A model generated the notes under the pieces. That model saw nothing but the letters and a program-made list of their open reading frames with translations. It was not told where the DNA came from and ran no database searches. Shown in pieces: positions 51,600-64,000 of a stretch of DNA of 64,000 nt. Location: positions 4,898,001 through 4,962,000 of the forward strand of contig JAYWIR010000008.1 in NCBI GenBank assembly GCA_036172245.1, given 5' to 3'. Source of the stretch: Raillietiella orientalis (taxonomy: Eukaryota). Each line of letters starts with the position of its first letter. Positions within the stretch are counted from its first letter, which is position 1. A program made the position numbers and the translations under genes.

Positions 51600-52620
51600 C
51601 GGTCGAGTTCAGGAGAACCGTTATCCACGCGTTTCTTGCCAGAAAATTCGCGTGCTGCCAGCGCACCCTGAGAGAACTGCCATAACTGACGCTTCGACAA
51701 GATGTAGCGAAGAGGCTCAGCAACACCAACTAAACTCAGAGGTTCACTTTGCAAGAACCAGATGGCATCCAACTTTGGCGATGAGCCTCCACAAGCCTGG
51801 CTGACCGAGGCGATTCCAGTTTCCGGGCAAGAGCACCTGCCAAAAATGGACGGAACCTATACCGCTGCCTTCCGATCTACTGTATCGTGACGGCGTGGCT
51901 GCTATGACCATTCCCAGGTAAGCAAACTCGTTGTGTTCTACGGATGTGGATCCTTTCTAGCATCCGCGAAACACTCTTGCTGGTGGTCGGTATGAAGATA
52001 CCTTTGATGGGCGGGTGCGCAGCGCAGGAGTTTTCGCCGTTGGGCCAAGCCTGGTCGCTATCTTGAATTTAGGCGTGGTACGGTCCTGAAGGTTGGTCAT
52101 GGTCCTCTCCAGCGACTGTGCAGGACCGCGCTCACTGGGAGGTGTTCCAGATGGCGAGTCACGTAAATTTCCGGGCTGTGTTCGATGGTGTCATCCACGA
52201 TCCAACACAGTCTGAGATGTCCGAGCACAGAAACAGTGACCAGCTCGAGAGCTTCGCAGGAAGCACCGAGGGCGCTCTTCAGGACGGAGGGAAGGGGAAG
52301 CCAGAAGACTTCAACCATGGAGATCTGCTTCAGCCTTTCCTTGCCTTAAGTTGACAAGTGGTTGCCTTGGCGCAGGACCACAACTGGATCTCCTTCTTGC
52401 CCACGAACTGTAGTGCCTGGAAACAGCTCAGACGTGGGCGAAGGTGAACACGGCGAGCTTGACGGAAGCGCAAAGTCCGCTGTGCTCCAGACACACTCGC
52501 TGCTCGTTACAGTAAAGAATGGGAAGCCCAAGGAAGGCCACTGCTTGGAAGAACACCGCTTGTTGCAGCGCTGCCGTTCCTCCGGGAGAACATCGACGGT
52601 AACCAGGCATCAAGTTGCAG
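51600..52620 (-). mobile_element. Decayed Ty3/gypsy-like pol remnant
   Basis: VFFQAVAFLGLPI (RT tail), KKEIQLW, RLKQISMVEVFWLP; nucleotide similarity to the 43.2 kb and 58.1 kb remnants. Confidence 0.45.
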
Positions 52621-52899
52621 ATGTCATGCAGCATCGCTAGGCGGAAACAACGGTTTGGTTGTCGGACGGGCTCGGTCGGCTGGCTGACTCTTCCACCCAC
52701 GCTATCCTCCCCAAAGGACTTTCTCTGTCGGGTGAATTCCCTCTGCATCCCGTTGGGGGAAGTGGAGGACCCCGCGGTTTTCTTGGACAGCTCTGTGCTT
52801 CCCCTGGAGTTGCAGGACTCTGCGCTGGGCCATCCCACGCAACACACGCCTCCATCACCGGACCAGGGGAAGTGGGGCTCCGGACTGTGCCGGGCGCGG

Positions 52900-53440
52900 T
52901 GCAAGGGAATCCTTCTCCGCGCTTGCTCTTCGAATGCATCGCCCTCCGGTGTGTGCGGGGAACGCTTGACCGCGTCCCTCAACTTCCCAGAAGACGCTAT
53001 TCAGAAGCCTCTTCACTGCGTCCGGTGGAATCGTGGAGTCCAAAAGCTCCGACTGCAGAGGCAAAAGGACCTCAGACGCCATTTTCCTCGTATTCCTTAT
53101 TCTGAGGATCGCGGTGAGACGGCTGCTCTTGAAGCACAGCCGGGAGGAGCTTGCCGGATCCTTGAGAGGACGCAAACGACGCCAGGGAGAACTTTGTGAT
53201 CCCTTCTCCCCCCCTCCCCAAGGATTTCGAAACTTTCTGTTTGACTTTTATTCATTCTTTTTGTTTGTTTCCCTTCCCTCGTTTCTCCCTGGGTGGTCCG
53301 TCGGCTGCTACGAGCAGCGATATCCTCCGTGACTTCCCGAATTAGCAGGATTCAGCTCCCGCGACGGAGGGGAAACTCCATTTGACCGCTTCACTGTGGA
53401 AATTCGTTTTTTACGATAAACGTCCCGGTGTGACCGGACG
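52900..53440 (+). mobile_element. Diverged Tx1-like LINE 3' end
   Basis: LHCVRW..LRIAVR..ILER, TGATCCCTTC at stop, U-rich tract, CTGCTA/TAGCAG stem, GATAAA + terminal hairpin. Confidence 0.65.
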
Positions 53441-53699
53441 AAAGCCTGGGTCGCGACCCCCGCTTCTGGATCCGCTTGTGGGCGGGAGCACATTACGACG
53501 GCCGCGGCCGATGCGCCACCACCAGACTGACGGTCCGGTTCGCGCACTCCCCTGGCGCTCCCGGCTTTCGGAGAACACCATCGCTCCTGGAGTTCCCTAC
53601 GAGATCCCGACGAGCAGAAGACAACCGCGCGCGAACAGGCGTCCCACCTGAGCGAGAAAGGGAGCACACGCGTCCTGAACGATCACGCGGTCCCCGAGT

Positions 53700-54200
53700 C
53701 TCGGGTCGAGGTCAGGTCCTCCAGCGGCGGCTCATCACTTTTGAGGGCTCGCAAAGTGCTGAAGAGGCGTCCGCCTGGCAGCTCACGAAGCTCTTGAACG
53801 CCTTATGCGCCACCCGATGCATGTGATTCTTCAAGTTAAAGGGGAGTAGCCCCGGAGGGACCACCCTATGGATCCGGGAAGGCTCCAAAGGAAGGAGTTC
53901 GTTCCTTTTATGCTTGGGAAGGGATTCCAAAGGGAACCTCTTCCTTATTCTCTTCGGAGGGATCCCCGACTTGGGGGGGCGCTTTTCATTTTCTCCTAGA
54001 AGGGAACCTACCTGGAAAGGACCCACTCCTTGTTTCCTCCTTCCATGAAGAGAACCCTGAAGGAAGCAGCACGCTTCTTCACACTCTAGAGAGGCACCTT
54101 TTAAGGGGTGTATCAACCAGATCGAGATGGAGGGTCGTCACCCGAGGGAGGAGAAGGAGGCTCCATTTTCACATCCGGAGGGGAACCCCGAAGGGAAGGG
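53700..54200 (+). repeat. Copy of the ~40-nt-subunit dispersed repeat family
   Basis: Long shared words with 1240-1700. Confidence 0.75.
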
Positions 54201-54699
54201 GGGGGGGAATAGATACAAGTGAAAAGCTTGATCGCTCCTTTCCTGCTGCCCAAGTCCCACCGTTTCCCCTGCCACATTCTCCTTCCTGCTACTTGAAAAG
54301 CATGTACGGACGGAATTGCTGCTGCCACCGGTTCGTCTCCATCCAGCAATTCTGGACTTCTCTTCCAGCTTCCGTTGTGTAGACTCTGCACTGAGTGGAG
54401 CATGCGAACTCCTACCCTCGTCTCGCCCGTGGGCAGCACCAACCTGCTCCATCTGTTCCCTTCGACCCAGAGCTGCTGTCTCATATCAGCATCCCTTAAG
54501 CAACGGTTCCGTGGCGAGAGAGAAAAGGGTGCTGCGAGATGCGCTCGCTTGCTATCCGTGACCCCTTCTTCCCAATCAGCTCTTCTTGTCCACCTGCCTT
54601 CATCTCCGAGATGTTCCCTACGGAGAAATCCCATGATATTGTTGTCGTGGGCTGCAAGCTGGCGTTGGGGAGATCATCGACCACGCTGAGATTGCCCAG

Positions 54700-56504
54700 A
54701 GGCGACGCCGGGACTGCTGCCAAGACCAAGAAGCAAAGAGATGCTTCTGGTGCGGAACCGTATCTCCCCAAGCAACACGCCGAAGCATAGAAGATTTCGG
54801 CTGAAAACTCCTGCCCGAAATCCAAGCAACACGCGCCTCTTGCGGCAGCGCAAAGAAGCTTCTGGCTTTATCGTCCGTGTCTTCGCTATCCGGTTAAGAA
54901 ATGCCCTTCGGCTCCAACCCTTACGAAACCTTTTTCGTGAGATGCCATTTGTCATCCTTGAAGACACCTCCAGTTCTTCTCAAGACAGATGGTACTCGGC
55001 GAATTGGGCCTCTGTTGCTGCAAATTCGTTTCCTGGATCGATTTCAGCCTGTCCCTCACCCCTCAACCTCTTTAAACAAAGCGTGTCAACGGATTTCTGC
55101 CTTTCCTTGGAGTCGCCGTTGTCGTCCATTTTTTACTTGGTTTCTTTATGGGCGCGACAAATGGGGTGCACACGACGCAGTGATGCATTCTTCCTTCCTT
55201 AATAAACACTCGCGCATGCGTGTTTCGTGGACATGATAGGCAGTCTTTTCTGGGGCAGTTTTCGCTCGTGTTTAGGTCACGCAAACCTTGAAGTGCACCA
55301 ACGGCACTGGTCCAACTGTGTTGCAGATCGTTCTTCATTTTTCTTTCCTCTTCGAAATTTTACCGGACGGCATGTCCTTCGTGGATCGCGTCGCAACAGA
55401 ATTCGACTTCGCGACGGGTACATCCCACAAGCCAGCACTCGCGAATTTATGCGCTCCGAGTTTTAACGCAGTGAGCATGCCCTCAGGTTCTGACCAACAA
55501 GGCCGTCGCCGCCAGAGAGCCGGTCTCTTTGTGGAAGACAGGATTTGGTTGTGCCTTGGGCTGAGAAATACGCTCAGATGAACTTCGTCTCCTCAGTTAT
55601 CCACGGGAAGATGTGCTGCAGGACAAGACGAAGTGGTCTCGCCTGGACGCCGCAGTCCTTGCTGCAGAGCTGCCTGCCCTACGAGCAAGTAACGGAGGGG
55701 TGGGATTTCTTCTGCACCACTGCAGGAAATTCCAAACTCCTGGGCGGCTTGAGGACGTGCGAGCTGGCCGATGCCACCAGTCCGCATTGTATGGCCAAAG
55801 GACTCCTTCGACGGGGAGAAGTGACGTCCCCGAAGAACTTGCGGTCACCCTTTTGTGCTTGAACACTTTGGTGTTCCCGCTGTTGTGCTGCTGTTTCTGC
55901 ACTGGGGTTTCCCATGCAACCGGAGTAGAGTAGGCATCCGATTTCCCGGAGAGTTGCGTCCCCAAACTGTTCAAGGTGCGCTGGTGGTGGAATCGATCCC
56001 GCATCTGCTTGTGGGTTGCTGTGCTCTCCGGGAACTGTGGCGGAGACACAGGAGTCAGCACTCCAGAGACAGGATGACACCCCCAAGAACCTGCTGCGAC
56101 GGTTCTTCGCGAGCAACGGACTCGGCTGGCGCAGCGATCACGACGACGTGCTGCGCCCGGTCTGCCGGGTGCCATGTGGAATCTCGGGCGCAGCGAAGAG
56201 AGGTCGCCCTCATGGTAGCCGCCTACATGAGCACGGCTGCGAGGTGGCCTCACCTGGAAGAAAAGTCGGCGATCGTCGGCATCCTGCGACGGTTCAAGGA
56301 CCAAGGAATGGCTGAAGCCAAAGACAGGGATCAGGGTCCACAACTCGTCTATATTTATTTATTTATCGTCCCTTCTCACCCTTTCGCCCTGCGTGTCGAC
56401 GAACCCTCCCTTTGAACTGCTTTTTTGCTCCCCCTTTGAAAACAGCGTTCCCGACTTGTTTGTTCACTTTCCTTCCGGAATAAACGCCCCGGAGTGGCCG
56501 GGTG
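54700..56504 (+). mobile_element. Decayed Tx1-like LINE (RT remnant to 3' end)
   Basis: QDRWYSANWASV (cf. KD....NWRPI), LLFLHWGFPCN..ESIPHLLVGCCALRELW, WPHL; AATAAACGCCCCGGAGTGGCCGGGTG terminus. Confidence 0.7.
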
Positions 56505-56519
56505 AAAAATTTCTTGGCG

Positions 56520-57624
56520 CGCGGCGTCACCACGCCCTCGTCCTCGCTGGGTACGCGGAAAACGCGCTGGGGGGCGGTCGGAGGCTCACGAAATGGCTGA
56601 CGGTGCCACCTGTGGGGCGGATGGAAGCTGTAACTTCACCTATTCCCTGGTGGAACAACCCTCATTCCCTCGGCCACCCGCAAATTTCCCCGATTCGGTC
56701 TCTAAACCCTCGTAGGGGCAAGCGACGTACGGCGTGATTGCTCTTCCATCTCCCTGGAGCATTGGATCTGGCCAAAGTTTGGAATCTGCTCCCGGGACTG
56801 GATGGCCAGGGAGGCTCCCAGTATTTCCGGGTAGGCTTCTTGATCCGAACTACCAGTTCGCGCTGTCTTGCAGCAGTCATGGTGGCACCGCCGATTACAG
56901 TTTAAACCGGTAGCAGGAAGACGTGCGAGATCGACTCTCGCACTGCTCCTCCACATCCCTTCCCTCATACCAATCCTCCCCCTAAAGTGGCAGGAGTCGG
57001 CGTTGTTGCTGTTGCATTGCGGTCTGACGCAGGGGAGGATAAATCCTGAGTGTGCCAGGTGCGGGGGACGGGAATCCCTCCCACACCTGATAGTCGACTG
57101 TGCTGCCCTCCGACCCCTCAGGGAACGTTTCGGGACGACCCTCGGGATCCCGGCTGGCAGCCACCCCAGAGACGTTTTTCGGCTTCTCTTCGTGCGGGAC
57201 GCCCTGCAGCCAATCGCAGCCGTAGCAGCACTTTGCTGCATCCGCGGAATCGTGGCTGTCTGGAGTGAAGCCGACGATGAAGATCAGAACGAGAGGGATA
57301 TCATCCCGTATGCTGTTCGCCTCCTGCTGAAAGCAACTGGATGGCCCCAACTAGGACGAATGAAGAAGGACCTCGAGGGCATCCTACAAAGGATGGACCC
57401 TCCTCCCAGTGGCCAGTGATCCCTTCCCGGCCCTCCAAACTCTTTTTTTTTTCTTTGTGTTCTATTTTTCTTTTTGTTTTTCCCCCATCCCCTTCCACTG
57501 CCGAGGAGAGCCACACCGGGCTGCGTCCCGGCGTCCCGGCAGGTCCGGTATTGCGTGGCCGTTAGTGGGGCCTTATATCACGTTTAATAGAGAATTTAAA
57601 TAAACGCCCAGGCGTACCCGGTGG
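56520..57624 (+). mobile_element. 5'-truncated Tx1-like LINE closely related to the 22-27 kb element
   Basis: LPLKWQESALLLLH..CARCGGRESLPHLIVDCAALRPL..DLEGILQRM; 3' UTR starts TGATCCCTTCCCGGCCCTCCAAA, identical to the full-length copy. Confidence 0.88.
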
Positions 57625-57949
57625 TAACCCCTATACCAATCAGATCGTACTGGACTGAAAAGTTGAAATCCTCTTCCTCTTTCGCGCTTGCCTGCGGCAG
57701 GGTCGCTATTTAAAGAGAGTCCAGTGCTGGTCTAGTGCTGTCGGACGTCTCAGAAGTCACCTACAAGTAAAAGCAAACCTCTATTCGATTTCCACTTCTA
57801 TTCCTGGAATAAGAAAAAAAAAGGACTCTTCTCTTAAGAGGGTTCAGGTAAGGACACGGAGATGAAAACGGAGAGGAAGCTGCAATGATTTCCTTCCGGC
57901 ACAGTTTGCAACAAGTGCTCTTCTTGCTTTTGGCAATCGCATCTGTTCA

Positions 57950-58260
57950 CAGCGCCTCCAGGAGGACAGTGGCGGGACCTGAGAAGAGACCCTCACTATC
58001 TCGGTGGCCAGAGTAAGAATCTCTCAGGAAGCACCGAGGGTGTTCTTCCGGAGCAGGGGATCCAGAAAGGCTTCTCGACGGAGATCTGCTGAAAGCTTCC
58101 CTCACCTGAGTCACCATCTTCGCTCCTGGATCTGGGCTCCATCCGGTCACAGATCACGACCGCCGCGGCCAATCCTTCCTTCTTCCCTGCCTGCCCGGAT
58201 CTCAGTGGTCACTCCTCGTTTTGGTACGAAGTATCCGAAGAGAGCAGACTTCCCTCGGAG
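57950..58260 (-). mobile_element. Short remnant of the same gypsy-like family as 43.2 and 52.3 kb
   Basis: Shared GGAGATCTGCT and CAGGAAGCACCGAGGG words. Confidence 0.4.
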
Positions 58261-58499
58261 GTGAGCATCGTCCCTACGTCCTATTCAGCTTTCTGCAACC
58301 AGTCCTTCCCTTCCCCGTCCTCCCAGAAATTCTTCTTCATCTTGAGCATGTCTCCGTTACGCCCCACCGAGCCTGGGTCCAACTCTTCTCGAGCGCAGAA
58401 GAGTGTTCCTCTCCTGAGAGCTACCAAACAGCATCCCATAAGGCTTCCGTCTTCACTGCTGGAAGCTCACCCGAGGATCTCCCGTCACCCCAGAACTGG

Positions 58500-59643
58500 G
58501 TTGCCTGGCAACGGCACCATTGGAAGCCGCTCTGGAAGTGGGCCCAAAAGAATTGCGTACGCTGCAGGAATTCCTAAGCGAACTGCTAGGAGACCTTCTG
58601 CAGGACTCCTGCGGAGCAAGGACTGCCAGATCCTCCCGGAGAAGAAATGGTCCTTCCCCGGATCCAGCGCGTGGCAGCTCGTGAAAGGGACTCAGAGAAA
58701 ACAATGGCAGCAGCCAGTGGGCGGGGTGCAAGGCCTCCTGCAAAACTGCAGAAGTCCAGAAGCTCCTCGACGGCTGCGAACCGAGCGCATCGGTGGACGG
58801 CGCCACTTCTCGTTCCCGGGCGAAGGGACTCCTTCGGTGGAGCGACCTGCTAGGTGTGCCTCCCCTCGGAGAATTGCGCTCTCTCTCCCCTTCCTGTGTG
58901 CGGACACCTTCGTGTTCCCGCTCCGCTGGAAACGGCCAGGATGCTCTGCTGTCTCTGCAGCGAGCGGATTCTGGTACACCCGGCGCAGGCACCTGCTTCA
59001 CCGAGACAGTCGCCTCCCCGAACCGTTCCAGCTGAGGGAGCGATCCCGCATCGCCCGCTGGACTGCGGAGCCTTGGAGCAACACGTGGCGGAGACTCGCC
59101 TCGGCGGTCCGCCAGCCTCAGGGCACCGCTGTGGACTTGCCGCGAGGCTTCTTCATGCAAGGTGGGCAGGCGATGGTACCGCTGCATCCGCGACATCGCC
59201 GCAGCCCGCTCCGTGGCGGGGTCTCGTTCGCGACGGAGGGAGGAGGCTAATCCGGCCTGGCGTCCGCCTCGACGAAGACGGCTACCAGGTGGACTCGCCT
59301 GCGAGGAGAAAGAGTCAGCAAGGAGACCGCTACCACAGAGAGTCGGTTTTAGGAGCCAAGGAACGTGTTGCACCAAAGATCTCAGACATTCCACTTCCCC
59401 CTCTCTCCCTCCCTTGTTTTTCCTTCATTTATTGTCTCCTCTCCTCCCGTTCCGGCCTTCCACACAAGCCGGCCTGCGTGACAGTGCTCATCCTCAAAGA
59501 ACGTTTTTTTTTTGGCGTATTGTCATATTTAGGGGGAGCCGTCCCTTCTAACTTGGGGTTTCTTTATTTTTCAAATAAACGTCCCGGCGTGACCGAGCAC
59601 AAACCCAAGAACACTCGGTCGGCTGCGTTGAGTCCCGGGTGAG
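58500..59643 (+). mobile_element. Diverged Tx1-like LINE 3' portion
   Basis: Decayed HL..DC.AL..W motif, pyrimidine tract, AATAAACGTCCCGGCGTGACCG terminus. Confidence 0.6.
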
Positions 59644-61831
59644 TTGCTGCTCCGCTGAGGTGAGCAGCTCCACCAAACAACGTGGACTCACCGCTCTTCT
59701 CGGACTCCGGGGATATGGCGGCAGGCTTCCACCACCACGGAAGCGCATTCCTGTTCCTGGCTGAGGTCTACCCGGAAACCCGCCTCCCAGAGATTCTTCG
59801 GTCTTATCTGCAGAGGGTGAATGAAGTCCCCGGGGTCATGAGGAGTCGGGAGGCCCGATCACAGCTGCAGTTGGGAGATGCAAAGTGCTCCAGCGGCGTT
59901 CGTGGAGAGAAGGCGTGCTTGAAGGAAGGCAGAGAGCCTTTTGGTGCAAATGTTGCGTGCTTCTCGGATGGAGGTCTTTTGCAGGGATGCCTTTTTTTCC
60001 CCTTTTTTCCTTGCTTCAAGGGCGTCCGTAAGCGGAGGAGAGGAAGGGGATCTGAGAAAGAACAAGAGACCAATAGAAATCCCCTGCAGCAGAGATGCTG
60101 AAGGAGAAGAAATCATGGATAGCAGAAACCATTTGTGAACAACGTTAGGGAGAAGCAAGGAGACAGGGAGCGGAGAGGGACAAGCCTTAAACCGGAGTGA
60201 AGGTTCATCCCTGCGCACACTCAGGTGGAGCGTCCATTCGCGGTCCATTCGAATCCTCTCCTCCGTCAGTGAGCGGTCGGCGCTTTGCAATACGCCACTG
60301 TCCAAGCTTCGGGGACTGAAAGGTCAAGTGAGGGGGAGGGATGAGGAACCGGTTGGAGCAAAGCAGCATCGGGATCACCCAAACGACCCGGATTTCCATG
60401 GAGATATCCAAAGGGGAACGCAAGTGCGTACACGCAAGAAAAGCCGGTCCTCCTCCATGGTCGCCCTCTGCATCATGGTCTGTCGAGAAGGAGTCCCGGA
60501 GAATACGGAAGCCCAACTGCCCCACTTCGAGTTGAAATGGCACGAAGAGCCTCGCGACATTTCCGGGAGCGGTGAAGTTAGCGGTTCCTCTGGGAACCGA
60601 CGCTCGAGAGAGTGACGACAAGGGATGCCCACCTGGCGAAAGGGAACTCCCCAAAGCTACTTTCGTGGGCAGTTGCATCCATCCCGTCCAGCTGCTGGAG
60701 CTCGTCCCCACCATCGATCTCGGGTAAAGGCGGGCGCTGTGCCGAGTTTCGTGACAACAGAAAGTCAAAACACGAACCAGGGGAGGAAGGAGAAGACGTG
60801 GCACCCACCTTTCCTTCTCTCTGGAAAGGAGAGGGAGGTGAAGGGCCTGACCCGCCTCTTCCTTCCCGCTGAAAGGCCGAGAGCAGAAGACAGACGGAGC
60901 AAAACTCAAGTTCCCAAGGCCTCGAAGAGAGGGCGTGGCATCCGAGAAAGGGACAGAGCTCCAAGCACCCGGGGCCGGCGTCTAGCCGATTCCATCCACT
61001 TTTCAAAAATCCCCTACCCACAGGAAGCGAATTTTCTGTATTCTCTTTGCTTTCCGGAATTTGACTGGAGGTGCTCCTCAAAGTCCACTGCTGTTTTCCC
61101 ATCCTGGTCACTCATTTCAAATCACATGTGTACAGTTACAGAGGAACGGCATGCGCCGGTCGGGAATGCGAGGGACTACTTCCTCTGGAGATGGGGCTAG
61201 GGTGGGCCGGAGTGAGGGTAAATAAATACATAGGGAGGGACGGCCGTCATCACAGTGATGGACATGATTCCCAAGTCTGCGTCGGCAGAGAAGGGACGGG
61301 TGAGCTCGCCAGTGTGGGGTTAATCCGCCCCAAACCGGTCGAAGATTCCCCCGCACCTCGTATCCCGGATTGGACTATTTCGTTGCCCTTCTCCCAGAGG
61401 AGACGACGATCGCAAACAGCTTCCTGGAGCTGGGGCAACGCCCTTCCCCCCCGTCTTGCCACCCCCTCGCACGCGGTGGAGAATCGCCGGCGGAAAGGCA
61501 CCCAGCAAGCTCGGAGATGCCTACGTTCCTCTAGGCGGGGCCCTCGACGTAGCATCGGGGGGGGGGGAGGGGGAGAACCCGAGTCTCTCAGCTACGCGCT
61601 TCCATCCCTGAAACCGTGGCCTCCCTCATCCGAGGAGCGTGTGCGACAGGGTTTTCGCACATCCCGCGGTAGGTGCGCTCCTTGGTAACTTGCTCTCTGG
61701 TGAGACGAGGCGCCGGTACTCACCTCGAGGGAGTGCCCGGTGTCCCAGCAGACTGCACGTAGCGTGGACGGGAAGGGGGACCGAGGGTTTGACCAGGAAG
61801 TCTGGGAACTCCGAGTCCACCGCGGTCTTCT

Positions 61832-62760
61832 CATCCCGGATTTCCGGGCCATTTATTTAAAATAAACAAATGAAATTACAAGGTCAGGAACAGAGAAGGG
61901 CCGTCAGCCCGAGCCCAAAGGGAACACCCTTGAAGGGGACGCAACTGGGAACGAACGGAGGGAGAGGACGGGGGGACAAGAAACAAACAAATAAATAGGG
62001 AATGGGATGCACCAATCTCACCGTATTTCGCTTGATATCCGCTTCGGGAAGGGGAAGGAGGGAACGGGAAGGCAAGACTGGCAAGACTGGAGACGAGGGC
62101 ATCTCTCTAAAGAGGCCTTCTGAGGTGGCACCGTGGAAACGAGGCGCTTCGGCAATGTACTCCCATCCCTGACGCAGCTCCACGCATTCCCGCAGTACGT
62201 GCAGGGTATTCCTGTTGCCCCCAAGAGTTCCTTGGGTCCACTTCCCGCTGGGGTGTGGAGGCGTTCTTCCTTTCGAGGGACTGCCCAGAGCACCAGCAAG
62301 ATGGCGGTCTGTTGGTACCGAAGAAGAAGAACGGAGGCGTCGACCACGCTACCTCGAAGTTCCAGCGAGCGAATCCACAGAGACGCCACTCCGACCACTG
62401 CGACCGCGAGGTCTTCGTGTGAACAGAAGGGATCAGCGGCGGCACAACCGCAAGAGGTTCGAAGGAACGGAAGAAGCTCTTGCAGCGTGGAGGCTCCGCG
62501 AGGGGGACACGGGTGCTGGGCAGCCGCCGGTATCGCGGGAGCGGCAGTCGCTCCCGGAACCGCCAAACGGACAAAACACGTGTTCCGGCAGGCGACGCGA
62601 GCGATTCGCCCGCCTGCTCCTTTCCCAGCGAACGGAGTCGGCTTCCGCCAACGCGCAGGAGGCAAATCACCGCGCGATTCGGAAGCAGAGACGACCACCT
62701 CCCTCCTCGGGGAAAGAAATTCGAACGAGAAGCTGCGCGCAGATTCCGGTGACCCCGGAT
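61832..62760 (-). mobile_element. Diverged Tx1-like LINE 3' portion
   Basis: Minus strand: CGQSLERKNASTP..LLG zinc-motif remnant, U-rich tract, AATAAATGGCCCGGAAATCCGGG terminus. Confidence 0.55.
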
Positions 62761-63602
62761 GCCATTTGAAGCGAGCAGCGATGCGTCCCCGCGCACGATG
62801 AGGACCGGAGCGGCGGAAACCAGAGACTCCCCAAAGACTTTCTTGGAGAAGCAGACTTCGCGGAGTCTGCGTGCGTCGTTACCATAACCACTGTTGTTTT
62901 GTTTTACCCCTGCATAGTGTGCGCGTTTTCTTGAACCTGCGCTCTGACCCATTTCGTCTGCACTCTTCGTTCGCTCTTGGTACATTCAGAAAAATGTAAC
63001 AAACGTCTTTCGGTCAGCAGAAGCCTCTATTCTCCACTCGCCCACCATCGACCCTGACGACAGCGCAGCGCAGAACGCTCGGAAGTGCACACGAAACCTT
63101 CCTCCTCGCCATCCGGTACTGGAACGCATCATGAGCATCGGGAAATCGACCGACCTTCGTATTTATGCCTCAAAGGGCGCGACCCCGACCGCTGGTTGCA
63201 GAGGTGGACGATTAGCCGGCTGCAAGGGATGCGGATCTGCCCGAAGGGTGCCGATACAAACGAGGACGGGTCCTCAATCCGAGGAACGTGAAGGAGAGGA
63301 ACACTCAGCACTTCCATTCTCGTTTCGTCGGCTTCTGAGCTGCCTGCAGCCAACCCCAGGAAGCGTCCGCCGACGTGTGTCAAAACATGCATCCGGACTC
63401 AGGGAAATTCGCTTCCATCTTCTCCCAGCAAAACCGCCACGTCCTGCCACACGAACTGTAGCTGCTTTTCATTCTCCCGTCCCGCATCGATGACAGTCGT
63501 TTTCCGACCACCTTGGTGTTCCCTTTTTCCTTTTTTTTTTTATAGCAGTAGCAGACGTTTCCAAGCAGCCTCATTTCTGTCTCATTCAACGATGGCACCT
63601 CG

Positions 63603-64000
63603 GCAGGCCCCAGGGACATTTTCAGACGCCTCTTCGTGCGTGGTGCCGCACTGCCGCCAGCTTGCAGCCGCGTCGCTTGCAGTTCTCTGCTGTCTTCGCG
63701 GGATCACAGAGGCGGCGTGCAACGCCCGAAGGAGAGGCCGAAGTGGCAGGGACGCCATCCACTGGCAGCGGATCTTCCTGATGAAGACCGCCTCGAGATG
63801 GCCCCACCTGGACGACATACGGATGGAACTTGCCGGCACATCCTGAACAGGATGCAGAGGACTCCGGGCAGCGTTCCATGATCCCTTCCCCGTGTATAAT
63901 TTCCTCTCCCCTGTTTTTGTGTCTTTTTATTTTATTCTATTTTTGTTTCGTTTTTGCTTTCCCTTCCCCGACGCTGCCGAAGCGGACCTCGCCGGTCTGC
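63603..64000 (+). mobile_element. Tx1-like LINE 3' end, near-identical to 51100-51481 (runs off window)
   Basis: About 380 nt match with one visible substitution (GCGTCG vs GCGGCG). Confidence 0.9.

Noticed and set aside
60100..61200. Possible endonuclease/RT remnant
   Set aside because: Too decayed to assign; the same applies to 41.3-42.2, 43.7-45.5 and 49.0-49.9 kb

Overview
Eukaryotic (invertebrate animal, probably arthropod-like; species not determinable) genomic DNA, so most entries in the prokaryote-style ORF track are spurious or single exons. An AT-rich gene island (~3.0-39.8 kb) with many ~45-60 nt introns holds five recognisable genes: ATMIN/ASCIZ (+), an ENTR1/SDCCAG3-like gene (-), JARID2 (+), DYNC2LI1 (-) and VPS54 (-). 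It also holds a full-length but inactivated L1/Tx1-clade LINE (22.1-27.7 kb, -) and an internally deleted piggyBac. The island is flanked by visibly GC-richer, transposon-dense blocks (1-2.9 kb and 39.8-64 kb) containing at least seven diverged 3' ends of the same Tx1-like family, decayed Ty3/gypsy-like pol remnants and a dispersed repeat made of ~40-nt subunits. Most interesting signals: (1) a structured 3' UTR shared by diverged Tx1-like copies, with a fixed-span covarying stem and an AATAAA + CCCGG-N4/5-CCGGG terminal hairpin and no long poly(A); (2) a duplicated, stop-containing JARID2 'QRKFA' exon start that could act as a poison or micro-peptide exon; (3) an operon-like VPS54-DYNC2LI1 pair with 184 nt between stop and start and no AATAAA; (4) an AUG-less, -1 overlapping LINE ORF2. 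Exon boundaries and remnant calls were made by eye and are approximate.
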